Assembly: GCA_028023455.1 (NCBI GenBank) | Contig: JAQFVV010000007.1 | Location: 7,812,001 to 7,876,000, forward strand | Source: Epiperipatus broadwayi | Lineage: Eukaryota; Animalia; Onychophora | Reading direction: 5' to 3' | Length of the DNA stretch: 64,000 bases | Shown: piece by piece, positions 39,026-52,623 of the stretch | Layout of the letters: each line of letters starts with the position of its first letter | How positions within the stretch are numbered: position 1 is the first letter of the stretch | Notes under the pieces: model-generated | What the model saw: only the letters and a program-made list of their open reading frames with translations | What the model was told of the DNA's origin: nothing | Database searches by the model: none | Made by a program: the position numbers and the translations under genes

Positions 39026-41759
39026 ACAGTCTTTTGGTTAATCTTTTTCAATCATCAGTTTTCCTCAAAATATGTTAAATACATGTAGTTTTTTAAAAAC
39101 AGTAAAGACTTATCACGTAAGGTATTTTTAATAACTGTCTTTATTTTTTTCCAGCATTTTAGAATGACAGTTTAAAATAAATTGTTTAAAAAAAATGTTT
39201 TCTTCAAAAAGAAACATCTTCTGCATCTCTTATTAAAAATGATATTTACTTTCAAAGTATTGAAAGGTTTTAAAAGTTTTTTTTTTCCATTTAATTCTCC
39301 ATATACTGTCCAACATGTCAATTTGACTGATAAAATATTCTCCTTCGTTAACAATATTAAAATTATATTTTTAATTAAAAACTGTACTTCCAGCATTTCT
39401 TTATACAAGTAGATACTTCTTCTTGGTACTTCCATGTTTATGTGACATTTAGATTAAATTTTGATAAATTGACTTAGCAGGGAATTTTGTTTGCTCAACA
39501 GTGCATCTTTAAAACAAATAAATTTCTAATTTTTTAAATATACTCTTTTTGTTAAAATAATTCAATTAGTACACTTTTCTATTTTAAAATAAATTATTAG
39601 AGAGATATTATAGCACTGAATTGACTAATTAAAACAAACTTGACTAACAGAAAGCAAACTTGACTATCAGAAGCAAACTTAATTAATCGAAAGCACACTG
39701 AAAATAATTGAGCATCTGTATTTATACCCAAATAAGTCAATCATTGGATTGGTGGATTAAACTTTCACCTGATGGCTTAATTTACATATTCAGCCAAAAG
39801 TGCACAATTGCAATCAAAAAAATAAAATCTATGACTCATTTTTTAAAAATATTAGTTAAAAATATTAATTCTAAATTAATTTCTACACTTTATTAATGAT
39901 AACTAAATATTTTTAAATGACTTTTAAAAATAATGTTTTATTAATTTATCCCATTTTTAGTTTTTAATGTATCCATTTTTCTAAACAAAAAATCTAACTT
40001 TTATTAACTACATTCATTTTAAAACTTAATTAAATATTTATAATAGCTAATTTTTTATATTTTATCTTGTGGTAGATAATAAATATTTTCAATTCTACAG
40101 TGTAATTTTAAAACAATTTTGAAACTTTATTAACAAGAAAACTTGCAAGCACACACGTATGAAGATTTACATGTCACATGACTTACAACTCAGACAGAAT
40201 GTATCCAATTTTGCTATCTGAAAATAAAATAAATGTTTTAATTGCAAAAAATATTATATTAAAAAATAATATAATATAATTTAGAATAATAATTTTGATA
40301 CTATAAAATTAAATACACATTTCTCTACCACAAATACTACTTTTTTAAATAAATACTTTTAAATACAATTATTAAATATAATTTTCATTTTAAAATATGC
40401 TATTTATTTAATTGTAGATTATTACTTTTAAAATTCAGCTTTTAATACTTATTTAAAAGAATTATTAATACACTATTTTATTATGGTCAGCTTTTCCAAC
40501 CATATACAATTATAACATTTAACTTTATTTAATTGTTAAATATATTGAGCATAATTTTATACATTAAATGTTCTCATTTTATTTTAATTAAGCTTTTAAA
40601 AAGATTGTCAGCATAACATAGTAATCATACCAATAGAATACATCTTAAATTTAATTTTTTTTTTAGCAAATTCATACAATAAATTTATTTCGACCTAAAG
40701 AAAAGGGCATAATATATATATAGTATATGCACAATTATAAAGGTGACTAGTTCTCTTTCCAAACTGTCTCAAGTGCCATATGTGAAAGAATGCATGTGGC
40801 ATATAACAACATAGTCCATCTATTTTCCATAAACAGTTTGACATGTTTGGATCTAATGAAATGTGATAGTGTGTTTCATATCTTTGCAAATTGTCTTCAG
40901 TGTTCTCCTTGCCAACATAAAATCTTGGAAACCCACTTGAAAATATTCTTGGGCTCCACAACTTTTATTGCCCTGCAAAGTTTAAATTATTTCAAATATT
41001 TCAGTATAAGTTTATCACAATTAAAAACAAAATGTGCTGTTAGTGCATTGTTCCAATATTGGCTAAGATATGAAATGCACTCCCACAATTTATATTAAAA
41101 CTCATGAACCAGACATGCTATACTTTAAAATTTTTGTGGTAAACAGCTAAGTAATGTTACCACATAACTCACATACTGATTCAGAGATGGAGCTTCAGAC
41201 ACTTGGTAAGAGACTATGCCATCGGTTATTTTTTCATTAAGATACATACACCGTTTGTAAAAAATTTCATAATCTTTCAAGTAATAATATTTAATGAAAA
41301 AGTACCCAACGTTTATTGAATATGCATTTCCATAAATAACCAATATCCTCAATAGTCTTCAAAATTAGTTGAAATTTCATCAAAGAAAGTACTGCAAATT
41401 TTATTTAAGATCAATGTCAATGTTTAATTTCATATTAATGTTTGACTGTAAAGTTAATATTAATTTAAATTAATTCATATTTAAACAAATATAAAACTTA
41501 TATATACTGACTGATGAAATTTTTCATCTTAAATTCTTTTTAAAAAATTATAAAAAGAAATGCATATTTTTAATGGTGAAAACATAAGGCCCTGGTTGCC
41601 ATATAAAAGATTATAACAACTTATCAAATGTTTTTTTTTACAAAAATTCATAAATTGGAATTGAAAAGAGTACTGAATAAAATATATATATATGAAAAAT
41701 ATAATGTAAAAGAAAAAGGAAATTAAATTATCACTTTACAGAAGTGAAAAAAAAATTAA

Positions 41760-41860
41760 GTGTGTATGTGTGTGTATATATATATGTAATATCAATATAA
41801 ACTGATGATGTATATGTGTGTGTATATATATATGTAATATCAATATAAACTGATGAAATA
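41760..41860. repeat. Tandem duplication of a ~50-bp microsatellite-containing unit
   Basis: GTATGTGTGTGTATATATATATGTAATATCAATATAAACTGATGA-like unit occurs twice. Confidence 0.75.
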
Positions 41861-43579
41861 TATGTAATAAATAAATAAATCACTATACTAATTAATCAAA
41901 TAATGATAAAAAAATATGTTTGTTAATCGAGAACTAATTTGTATGATTGACAAGAAAGTAATGTGAAAATTCACAATGTAGGAAGATAAAGTGGGATAGT
42001 GAATTATGAAGATTCAAGTATTCATTTCATGATTATGTGAAGTTAATAAAGATTACATTACAGTAATCACAACCATGTTTCTGTAATTCGATTGTTTGAT
42101 GTTTTAAAAATTAAATAATGACATGAATAATTTATTTCTTACCCCTTCACCATATTTCCTTGCTTATAACTATAAAATAATTTTTATTAGAGAACTCAAG
42201 CATATTTTATGATGGAGATTATATAATATGATAGTAAGTGCATAAAACATGTTTGCAAATTAAAACATCAGCAGTAAAGAGCTCAAGTATTACACAGATA
42301 AAGAATGTTCAGATAATTAGGAGATAAGCTCAAGCCTATGTTCAGTGATCATTGGGGTAGGATATCTCCATAGCAGCAGGGAAATTACATCAAAGTTCAA
42401 ATCATAGTTGTTGTTTTTTTTTGTCAATGTGTCAACTCACTACTTAATCAGTATTGGGTAGCTGTCTAATAGGTTATGAAATGACTATGCATAAAAACAA
42501 TAGATTTATGTCCAGGTCTATAAGCCCAGAATCAAACCCCTAATGTATAAATCACCATTCATGGCAGAAAATGTGTAGACATTGACTATTAAAGTTGATT
42601 CACACTATATGTACAACTATAAAATTTAAAAAACCTTAATTTATTAAGTGTATGTATTTTTATTTTAAACAGGCAATTATCAGGTAACATAATAAAAGAA
42701 CTGTTAATTTTCATTTCTGAGGTAGGTAATTATAGCACAGTAACTATGAGTGGTTCTGAATCTTTTATGAGATGCAAGTGTCTAATATAATTGTTTTTAA
42801 TGTTGAATCTAAAAAAATATTAAATCCAAAAAAAGTACATTTTAGCAGCACAATTCTTCAGTTGTGTGAAAGAATTCTCAATTGACATCCAAAAAGAGGA
42901 TTCTGATTTCAGCCATATATTAGATAATGTAAAGATATAATCATATAATATATATCTCAACACAAAACATTGAAAGAAAATATGCAAACTAAGAACAGAA
43001 AAAAGCATAGAACATGAATAAAAAAAAGTGATATAAATAAATGTCATAACAAATAGACATAAAATCTAGAATAAAATTGTAGAAATTAATACTGACTGAA
43101 CAAAATTAAAAATATATGACAAAATCTGTTTGAAAATATGGGTCACAGAATATGATAATTAAGACTTTAAATGTTTGAAAGAAACTAAAAAATATGCAAA
43201 TAACAATTGAATATATACATATATCACATTTTCATATTAATTAATCTCCCTCTATCTTTTCTGGAAACATATACCTGTGCATGTATGTCATATATATATA
43301 TATATACACACACTGTCAATAATTTATACAATTAATTGAACATTTTTAACCTGCACTTGTCAATTTTTATAATTACATCTAAACTGTTTTTTATCTAAAT
43401 AAATACATTAAAATTCCCACTATACTTTCACTATTTATATCTATAAAATCCATAAAAATCTTCTGTTATATATACATATTTTATAAATGCCTACTGGATT
43501 TATATCTATTGTATTTTTAAAGTATATAACATACAAATTGTTTCTTTCTCTGTATCTCTCTCTTTCTATATATATATAT

Positions 43580-44090
43580 ATGAATTCATAGTATTATCTG
43601 GGAGCTTCAGTGTAATAAAATTATAATAGCTAAATAAATGATGTTTCCATACAATATAAGTGCTTTGCTCAGAGCTTCTTTCTTAAATCAGGTGTGTGGT
43701 GAGATTTAAAATCATTACATTTTTCCTTTGTTATTTTTTCCCATTTATCAAATTCTATTGGTTGAGAAATTTTAAAAAATATTTTATCATCCAATAGCAT
43801 TTTACAAATATTGTTAATTTTTTAAATTTACACTTTTCATTTATGCTCTAAGGCCTTTTAAAATCCCTATAGCTTCCCTTAGCAATCTCTGGTCATATTG
43901 TTCAATTTTTGACAGAATATGCATTTTATTAAATTGATGTCATGGTTAATTAATTTAATATGTGAATAAATGGCTGATGAATTAGATTTTTCTCTAACTG
44001 CCAAAATGTATTTTTCCTTTCTTATGTTTATTCTACTGTTAGTCTGACCAATGTATGAATGTAAACAAACTCCACATGGAATTTCATACA
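43580..44090 (-). mobile_element. Penelope-like element 3' fragment (GIY-YIG endonuclease plus tail), inverted copy
   Basis: ORF 43879-44091: YEIPCGVCLHSYIGQTNSRINIRKE.YI...SNSSAIYSHIKLINHDIN; tail mirrors 45500-45633. Confidence 0.85.
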
Positions 44091-44963
44091 CACCTGGGTC
44101 TCTTTTTACGCGGACTTATTTAACACAATTTTGAAGTTACGCGATTCGTGTTTCACCGGAAGTCGATTTCTGATAATGCGCTATTATTTTAAATAATAAA
44201 TTTCGCACACTTACGTTATATTAAAAGTAATAGCACATTATTGGAATTAGACTTTCATCTTAGTAATATCAATATTTTCAGTGCTTTATAATAGTAAGAT
44301 TTTATGCAATAATGAAATTAAAATCATGATTTCCACATTTTATATATACACATATTAAATTTTACAAGATTATAATGTAAATTTATTCAAACATTGTGCG
44401 TGTTAATTTTGCATTTTAAATCACATTCTGTTTTTGCTTTTTAAAAAAGAACGTAATCAATTATTATTTTCTTATTAATGACACTAATCATTAATGTGCT
44501 CTTAAATTCCAACGAGAGCTAAATGGTTGTATGTCTGGATATCACGAGCTTCGTAAACAATTAATAAAATCATCGTCTCAAAGATTAATTACTAATTACG
44601 TTGTCACCAAAAAATCATAATAATTAAAACATGTATAAAAAATGTAAATTACTGTACTGTAAAATATACATAAAAATATATTATTTTGAATAAAATTAAA
44701 TATTATAGTTAAAAAAAGTTTGTCTTGTATCAATTTTTTTCAAATTTGAAATTTTTTATTAGTCATATTTTATTTCCTTATTTTTTTTTTTTTTGCACGA
44801 ATTTTAAAGTCATTTTACATTGGTCCTTTGCTTTTACACGAATTTTGAAAAATCACAGACTGCATCCCCCCTTTTTCAATGTAAGTTATGTCTATTTTTG
44901 CATGATTTCATTTGCGCGTGTTTTCTGAGGAACCTATCTATGACATAAAACGAGACCCAGGTG
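44091..44963. mobile_element. pogo/Tigger-like MITE, copy 2, nested in the PLE
   Basis: CACCTGGGTCTCTTTTTACGCG ... ACATAAAACGAGACCCAGGTG followed by TA; left flank CA (TA mutated). Confidence 0.85.
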
Positions 44964-45633
44964 TACACCATCACATATATAAAGGGAGAAACTGATAAAA
45001 TTGGGAGCGTTTTAAAGAAAAATAATATCTGCACAATTTATACTACATTTTAAAAAAATTAATGAAGTATTTTCTTGACCTAAAGAGAAAATTCCTTTGG
45101 AATGTCATGGTGTATATAAAATTTCATGTGGAGTTTGTTTACATTAATACATTGGACAGACCAATCACAGAATAAACATAAGAAAGGAAGAACACATTTT
45201 GTCAGTTAGACAAAAATCTAATTCATCAGCCATCTATTCACACAATAAATTAACTAACCTGACATCAATTTTAATAAAACACATTCTGGTAAAAATTACA
45301 CAATATGACCAGAGATTGCTAAGGAAAGCTATAAAGATTGTTAAAATCCCTAAAACATAAATGAAAAGTGTAAATTAAAGAAAATTAACAATATTTAGAA
45401 AAAAGCTATTGGAGGATAAAAAAAAATTTTAAAACTTCTCAACCAATGGAATTTGAGAATGAAGAGAAAATAACAAAAAAAAAAATTTTTTTTTTTAAAT
45501 CTCACCATGCATATTGTTATGATTTGAGAAAGAAACTCTGAGGAAAGTACTTGTTATTGTACTGAAACATCGGCTATTTAGCTATTATATTTTTATTATA
45601 AGGAAGCTTCTGGAAATAATACTATGAACTCAT
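44964..45633 (+). mobile_element. Penelope-like element 3' fragment (GIY-YIG plus 3' UTR with HHR-like motif); first ~10 bp belong to the inverted copy
   Basis: Frameshifted YIKGETDKIGSVLKKNNI...KEKIPLECHGVYKISCGVCLH.YIGQTNHRINIRKEEH...SAIYSH. Confidence 0.85.
45534..45575 (+). ncRNA. HHR-like motif in PLE 3' UTR
   Basis: CTGAGGA-A-AGTAC-TTGTTATT-GTACT-GAAAC-ATC-GGCT; perfect 5-bp stem II. Stem III probably ACGT before CpG decay. Confidence 0.6.
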
Positions 45634-47029
45634 CATTTATCCATGACAATATTAGAATTAGTATATATAGAAAGAGAGAGAGAATAAAACGATAGATTAA
45701 TAGAAGAATAAAAAGGGGGGGGGGTAAATCAGCATACAAATAAAGAATAGATATAATGAAAAAATTGAGTAAACAAAAAAAAATTGAATCAAATGTACAT
45801 ATACTAGTACACAAAAGAGTTAAGTGAAAATATAACAAAATACAATTCTAATCATCTTTCAGAAAACATTTAATGTTTGTGATTGAGACATTGTAGATAT
45901 TAATAATATAGAAACAACTAAATACTATGTAATTACACACAGACATAATAAAAAAATCTACATATATAATAAACTCATAAAGTACAAAAAAATCGTTTAT
46001 TTTCTTCTCCATTTTCTAGCATCTGTTTGGTAATAACGTATTCAAGGTTGCCTGTTTTCTTTAGAGATTTAGAAAATATACTTCTGATCTCATAAGCGTG
46101 ATCTTTTTATACGACTTCAGTTATTAGGATTATAAGTACTGCATAATTTTAAGATTATATTTATAAAAGTTTTAAGGTTACATGTATAAAAAAATTATTT
46201 ATTTTCTAAACATTATTTAAAATATTTGAAATAATATTAAATAACTTTTCCCCCACTTTCCTGGGCATTATATTCTTCTCCATCATTTATTTCATCAAAA
46301 ATTACTTAGCTCAATTTTTCATCATATTAGTATGATAATATTTTTATCTTGTAAAAATAATGATTTCTTATTATTTCAATATATTTTTAAATTACAAGAA
46401 TAGTATTATATATATAAATCATTATTGTGATATTTAAAAATATATATAAACGCATTTTAATGCGAAATAGAAAATACGATTCGTACGACAAAAGTTTAAA
46501 GAATATATCTAGTTCAAAAGACATTCGAGAACCGGAATTGTCAGCAATAGTACCGTTCCAAGATAAATGTGTAAAGAAAAGACCACAAATGCAACTGATC
46601 ATGCATATGCAGATCAGATGTATTTGTAAAAATAATTATGGATATATGTAGAATTGTATCACCTTAGTTTAAATCATAAATAAAATAAAATTATTTTTTT
46701 AAATGGTTATTCTATTTAGAGGTTAATAAGCCCTGCTCACTAGCACCTATACATAGATGTTAAATAGGAAGATTCATCCCAGCCACAAGATAAAGATGAG
46801 AAAATAATGACCATCTTATTTTCAAATGTAAATGCCCTTATATAAGCCAATTGTAAGTGTCTTGAAATGAGAGCTTAAATATATTAAATCATTCACTTTA
46901 TATCCATTTCTTTTGATAATCTTATTTAACACATATGAAATTTACTTCATGCTAATATCAGAAGATTTTGAACTATGTAATAATCAATGAATTTTAATAG
47001 CACAGATTGGCCTATATAAGTGCATTTAG

Positions 47030-47580
47030 GTTTGAAATACAGATGGAAACATAATGGATGAAATTAATCATAGAATTAAACTTGGTTGGAATGCTTTTGG
47101 TAGAAATAATTTGATACTAAAAAGAAATATGCCTACGTGTTTGAAAAGGAAGGTTTTTAATAAATGTATTTTACCAGTTCTTACTTATGGATCTGAGACA
47201 TGGACACTTAATAAAAGAACAATACAGAGACTTCAGACCACTCAAAAAAGTATGGAGAGATGCATGTTGGGAGAAACAAGAAATCGAAAATGCAATATAT
47301 TGGTAAGAGAACAAACAGATGTTACTGATCTCAGTGAAAAATTGAAAGACTAAAGTGGAGTTGGGCTGGACATATTGCTAAAAGATATGATAATAGATGG
47401 ACAATTGAAATCTTAAACAGGATTCCAAGAGATTGTAAAAGACACAGAAAGAGACTACATGTAAGATGGATGGATGAAATAAGAAAGTGTGCAGGGGTGA
47501 TGTAGAGAAAAGAAATTAAAGATCAGAGAAGATGGAGTGAACTTGGAGAGACCTTCAGTGGCTCAATAATGGTTGATGGT
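47030..47580 (+). mobile_element. 3' fragment of RTE-clade LINE
   Basis: ORF 47054-47353 EINHRIKLGWNAFG...LKRKVFNKCILPVLTYGSETWTL...QKSMERCMLG, then WSWAGHIA...DNRWT..IL and a GAT-rich tail. Confidence 0.9.
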
Positions 47581-48696
47581 GATGAGGTTTGAAAAACTGT
47601 TGTTCTTATTTTTTCAGTCTTTATCTTGTGACTGGGACAAGAGTATCCTTATTCTGGTATTTAGCATTGTTGATTTGATATTAAGTACATCTCTAATGAG
47701 GAAAGTTCTTACCATTATTGATTTTTTAAATGATTATTTCAAAATTTTTTATTAATCACATTTTAAAAGTTCTTCCTAATTTTATATGCCCAATTCTATT
47801 ACAGAAACAATAACACCTTATGTTTTTTAGATATTTTAACTCCAACAGCTAATAAGCAGTAGTTCATTATTCAGATGGTGCTGCATGCCAGTCTCTACTT
47901 TTTAAATAATTTTACATAAGTTCAACCAACTTGACTTAAAAAACACTATTTTAGAACAATTAATATTTCAGCTAATAATCATAACATCTGAACTGAATTT
48001 TAATTACATATTTAATTTTTTAGTTTACTTCTATACTCCTATGTATATGCTTCCAAATATCAATATAATTTCCAGTCAACATTTGCAGAATGTCCCTGTA
48101 TACTCCAATTCTCAGTCTTCGTATAATGAAAATGCTCTGTTATTATGCCACATCTTTATTTCTTGGGTCTTCTAGTGAACTAAAATAAAGCAGAGAGAAG
48201 TGGATGGAAAAAAGACAACTTGTTTTTCTTTAAATGGAATAAAAAAATAAGAGTAGAAAAGGACTTAGAGTCAAGTGCAGAAAATGTAAGTAAATGTTGG
48301 AAGGTCAAGTTCGGGGAGTGAGAAATCATTTTTAAAAATGCAAAAGGCCAACTATGGTTATAAAGGTATGATAATAATTTTGATCTACTAATTTAGTGTT
48401 AACCACATATACATTTATATTCCTAAGATACATTTATCAGTTAATAAAAAAATCATATCTCACTCTAAAAATTGTAAATCCTAAAAAATATTTCTTTTCT
48501 TTTTTATATATTGATATAACTATTTAACTTTTAAGAAAAAGATACTAGCTGGTAAAATTGATACTTTAAAAACATTTAAGGATTTCTTTTATATGTGATG
48601 ATTGTCAAAATTGAACTGTTCCAGTTATTCAAACTAATCATAACATACATACTTTATTTCAAAAATACATATTAGTCATATTTTTATATTGGATTA

Positions 48697-49104
48697 TTTC
48701 CATCATCTAATATGAGTATTGAATATATTAAGAAAAAATTTAACTTTATCTAAATATTCCAAATACATTCAACTTTGCTCTTAGGAAAAAGTGGAAAAAT
48801 CAGAAGGAACCTCATAGATAAGTATATAAATTTTTTACCAAATGTTGATTTTGACAGGATGGCTCAGTTGGTTTCAGAATTACCTTTAAATTCAATACTC
48901 AAGAATCTAAGGATCCAGGTTTGAATCCCATGCTAGTACTCTTGCTAGTCAGGCCAGCAATACCTGAAGAAGATGGGAGAATAATATACCTCTGGAAACA
49001 TTGTGCATATACTAACTGTTTGATGTGCTATTACTAAAGGCTGAATGTATTTGGAATATTTAAATAAAGTAAAGATATTCAATATTCATATTAGATGATG
49101 GAAA
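48697..49104 (+). mobile_element. tRNA-derived SINE with HHR-like remnant and an upstream inverted copy of its own 3' tail
   Basis: A box TGGCTCAGTTGG (48860-48871), B box GGTTTGAATCC (48918-48928), CTGAAGA (48964)...GAAAC (48995); 49042-49104 is the reverse complement of 48697-48771. Confidence 0.65.
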
Positions 49105-50242
49105 CAATTTCATAGTATATAAATCAAACTAAGATATAGATTTTACTCTTTGATTTATAACACTGTCAACAGAGTTTAAAAGAATAGGTGGTATCATTTC
49201 ACTTTTTTCATACTTCTTTGACATTTGATTATTGGTTAAGCATACCTTATTGGGAGTAGCAGTTGCTTCCATTTTATATATATATATATATATATCAGAG
49301 AATTTTCATTAGGCCCTATTTAAATATTATTTCAATCTTTGTAAATCCAAATAATCTTATTTTTTATACTATTACATATAGATCAATAAATGGTTTAGAA
49401 AAGAAATTAAAAGGTGTATTTTTTATATTATATTTAAAAACCTTCTAGGTATTATAAATATATAAACCTACAATGCGAGTGTTTTTCTGCTCCCCCACCC
49501 CCCACAAACTAGATGCAATTTAACAAGCTCTAAAACATTAAATAGCATCTTCAAGAATAAGTGATTTCATCTTCATATGAATTGCTTGTTGTGAAAACTA
49601 TATCGGAATAAAAAGATTCATTAGATTTTCAAGCAGCTCAATTTCTGTAAGCTACCAATACCCCATTTTGAAGCCTAAAATATCCACAATTGGTTCAGCT
49701 AAGGCAGACTCTGCATCCCAATTTAAATCCACCAAATAAAAAGAATGATTTGTCAAATAGTATTTAAAAAAATAACACATGCTCTTCAGGATTAAAAAGT
49801 AAAAGGGCTTGTGAAAATAGTAACCAATATTAATGAAAATCATTAAAGTGTAACATAACGACTACAATAGGAAATAAATAGTTATTAGATTCACACATAC
49901 TGAGAATGTCTGGGAGAAATAACATTTAATAATATCAAAAAATGTAAAGAAAAAATGAAATATTATCTGCATTACATGAGACAGATAATGTACCATTTCA
50001 TAGATACATAAATTATTAGGAAATCACTAAGATACTAATGCCATCAATTATAGCTGTTTAGCTAATGACTGTCAGTATCCAAACATCAAAGAATGGGTTC
50101 GAAATGCAGACATTCTTATACCTGGAGCTTAATTGTAAATATAGAGGATTTGAATTCAGACTTTCAAGCAACCTTCAACTATCCACACTATCTCATACTA
50201 CTGATACACATGACCACACACATGTAGAAAAGATAAACAATC

Positions 50243-50286
50243 ACCAATATCTGTATTTTGTGCTGAAACAGCACTCATCAATTGGT
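50243..50286 (-). ncRNA. Mutated HHR (family H1, left arm)
   Basis: ACCAA-TTGATGA-GTGCTG-TTT-CAGCAC-AAAA-TACAGAT-A-TTGGT; C3 and G12 mutated. Confidence 0.6.
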
Positions 50287-50558
50287 CCAGATTATCATCT
50301 TCCACACATATATAATCAGTGCTCAGTTTATATTAATATAGCAAATATTTATACTTTAATGGATAGACTTCAATCTACTCCAACTTTCAACTCTTTAGCC
50401 ATACATACCATTGAAAATCTGATGATAAAATGCCAAATCCCATGGTATGGATGGCTGAAGAGTTGGAGGTTAGAGTAGATTGAAGCCTATCCATTAAAGT
50501 ATAAGGATTTGCTATCTTAATATAAACTGGGCACTTTATGTGGGAGATGATAATCTGG

Positions 50559-50602
50559 ACCAACTGATGAGTGCTGGTTCAGCATGAAATACATATATTG
50601 GT
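50559..50602 (+). ncRNA. Minimal type I hammerhead ribozyme motif (family H1, right arm)
   Basis: ACCAA-CTGATGA-GTGCTG-GTT-CAGCAT-GAAA-TACATAT-A-TTGGT: perfect 5-bp stem I, intact core, 6-bp stem II; predicted cut after 50597. Confidence 0.8.
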
Positions 50603-52623
50603 GATTGTTTATCTTTTCTATATGTGTGTGGTCATGTGTATCAGTGGTATGAAATAGTATGGATAGTTGAAGGTTGCTTGAATGTCTGAGCTCAAAGCCC
50701 CTATATTTACAAAGAGCATGATATAAATGCTATTAAAATTTATTGGAAAATTTCTTCAAAAGCTTAAAGAATAGATGGGATACATTCTACTTTTGATTAT
50801 TTGTTAATATATAGTCATATTTATTTATAGCCAGAGGGAGAGTTGTTTATTCATCATATGTACATATACCAAAGATATGTTAATTTCATGTTTACACACC
50901 CACCACATATATATAATGGAATGTGCATATGCATGCTTTTAAATTCCATTTCATTATCTTTGGTTATTAATAATATTTAACATTTAAAAATTAACTCAAG
51001 GATAACAGAACATTTAATTTAATTCCAATTACCTAAAAAGTGTGGGATTTGCTCAATAATTTTTAGTTACCTAAAAATGTACCAAGTTTTCTCCAGATAA
51101 GAAATGTGATCATGGGGGTGATAAATGTACAAATAATTGTATCTTAAATTCTAATAACCTTAACAATTATTATAGTATTAAATATTCAACTAACAGGATT
51201 CACTACTAAGATCAATATTAATAACCAATTGGCAAGAGACAAAAGTTTAAAAATTTCATCACTGGTTTTCACCTATGACATTATATGAAAAGGCAAAAGG
51301 ATTGCCCAAAGTCTATTTACAGCTACAACGTATTCTATTTTATATTGGACATTAGAAAAAAAGTCCTTTAATCTTTAAGTCAACTTTGATTTGAAAAGTT
51401 TTCTATCTGTACAAAATTACAAAGTGTTGATTTAAATATAAGCATAATTTGTGTTTAAAAGTGATATTATATTTTTAATAATAAGATACATGCATATAAT
51501 GTACAAAAATACTTACATATATATGTAAACAAAATAATCTGAAATAAACTCTATAATATTCAATGAACTAATATAAAAAATAAATAATAGATATAGCCAG
51601 CTTACAGCAATATACACCATTCTGAATAACATTTAATAGTTAACAAATACACATGCAAAATTATAATAAAATTAATATGTTTTTAAATTGTTCACAGACT
51701 TTTAATATACAATGGGAGGAGAAAAGGTTGAGAAAAGATGTATTATTAAAAAATGAAAACTTCATAAATCCCTCTCCCACCAAAGAAAGCTGGCAAGCAG
51801 GAAGTTGAGATCAAGCGATTAAATGATCACATGATAACACCTTTTTATGCCTCCACAGCTGTAAAAACAGTAGCATCTAGCATCTACTGATTACTAAATG
51901 TGGCATTATTGTGGAAAAAAAGTTTGCTATTGAATTTCCAATTAATGGTAGTCTATCTATAGTCTTATTAGAAAAAAGTATAATAATAGTTGAGTTTTTT
52001 AACATTATAGAACCACAACCATAAATTCCTCTTTGACCTAAATATAGTCAACATTTAAATGTTTTCTGGTATACAAATTATAAAATGTTTTGATAAGTTC
52101 TTTTCCTTAGTAAGAGCATGGTCTTATGGAACCACTGGATTTGATATGCAACATGTGATTGCCTGTTTGATGGTAAGAAGTTAACATATAAAAAACTATG
52201 AAATCAAATAAGATCATTTAGAATTTTTTTTTAACAATTATATATTAAAAAGTTGCAATAATACAAGCTACCATATAATAAGTCTGTAACTTTCATTGTA
52301 GATATGCATTTATAAAATAATTCATTTACATTAATAACCAAAAGATATGTAAATAAATTTAGTAGGAGTTGGTTTTGTTTTCAGTTCACTCATTTTACCA
52401 TCAATTAAAAATTATAAGAATTGGACAAAACAATGTGACACATTTATCAATATCACGTGTAAGATCCCCATTTGCATAGTGAACTGCATATGGAAATAAG
52501 TTTTAAGTTAATGATGAAAGATTTAGTTCACAATATCTATTGACACAATGACTGAAAAAGATACACAGATCAACAATATAACATCATCTTCATATTATTC
52601 AAAGTAATGTTGGTCTATAATGA

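Larger units (their letters stand above)
50100..50715. mobile_element. Family H1 foldback element: two ~280-bp HHR plus tRNA-like monomers in tail-outward inverted orientation
   Basis: About 50133-50412 is the reverse complement of about 50442-50712, spacer about 29 bp. Confidence 0.9.

Noticed and set aside
48855-48935. Functional tRNA gene (also 4493-4545 and 23195-23255)
   Set aside because: No intact acceptor stem or anticodon arm; these are SINE heads.
50065-50478. 137-aa ORF and similar ORFs at 3443-3640 and 3766-4071
   Set aside because: They are antisense readings of the multi-copy H1 repeat; frames are not conserved between copies and no domain motifs are present.
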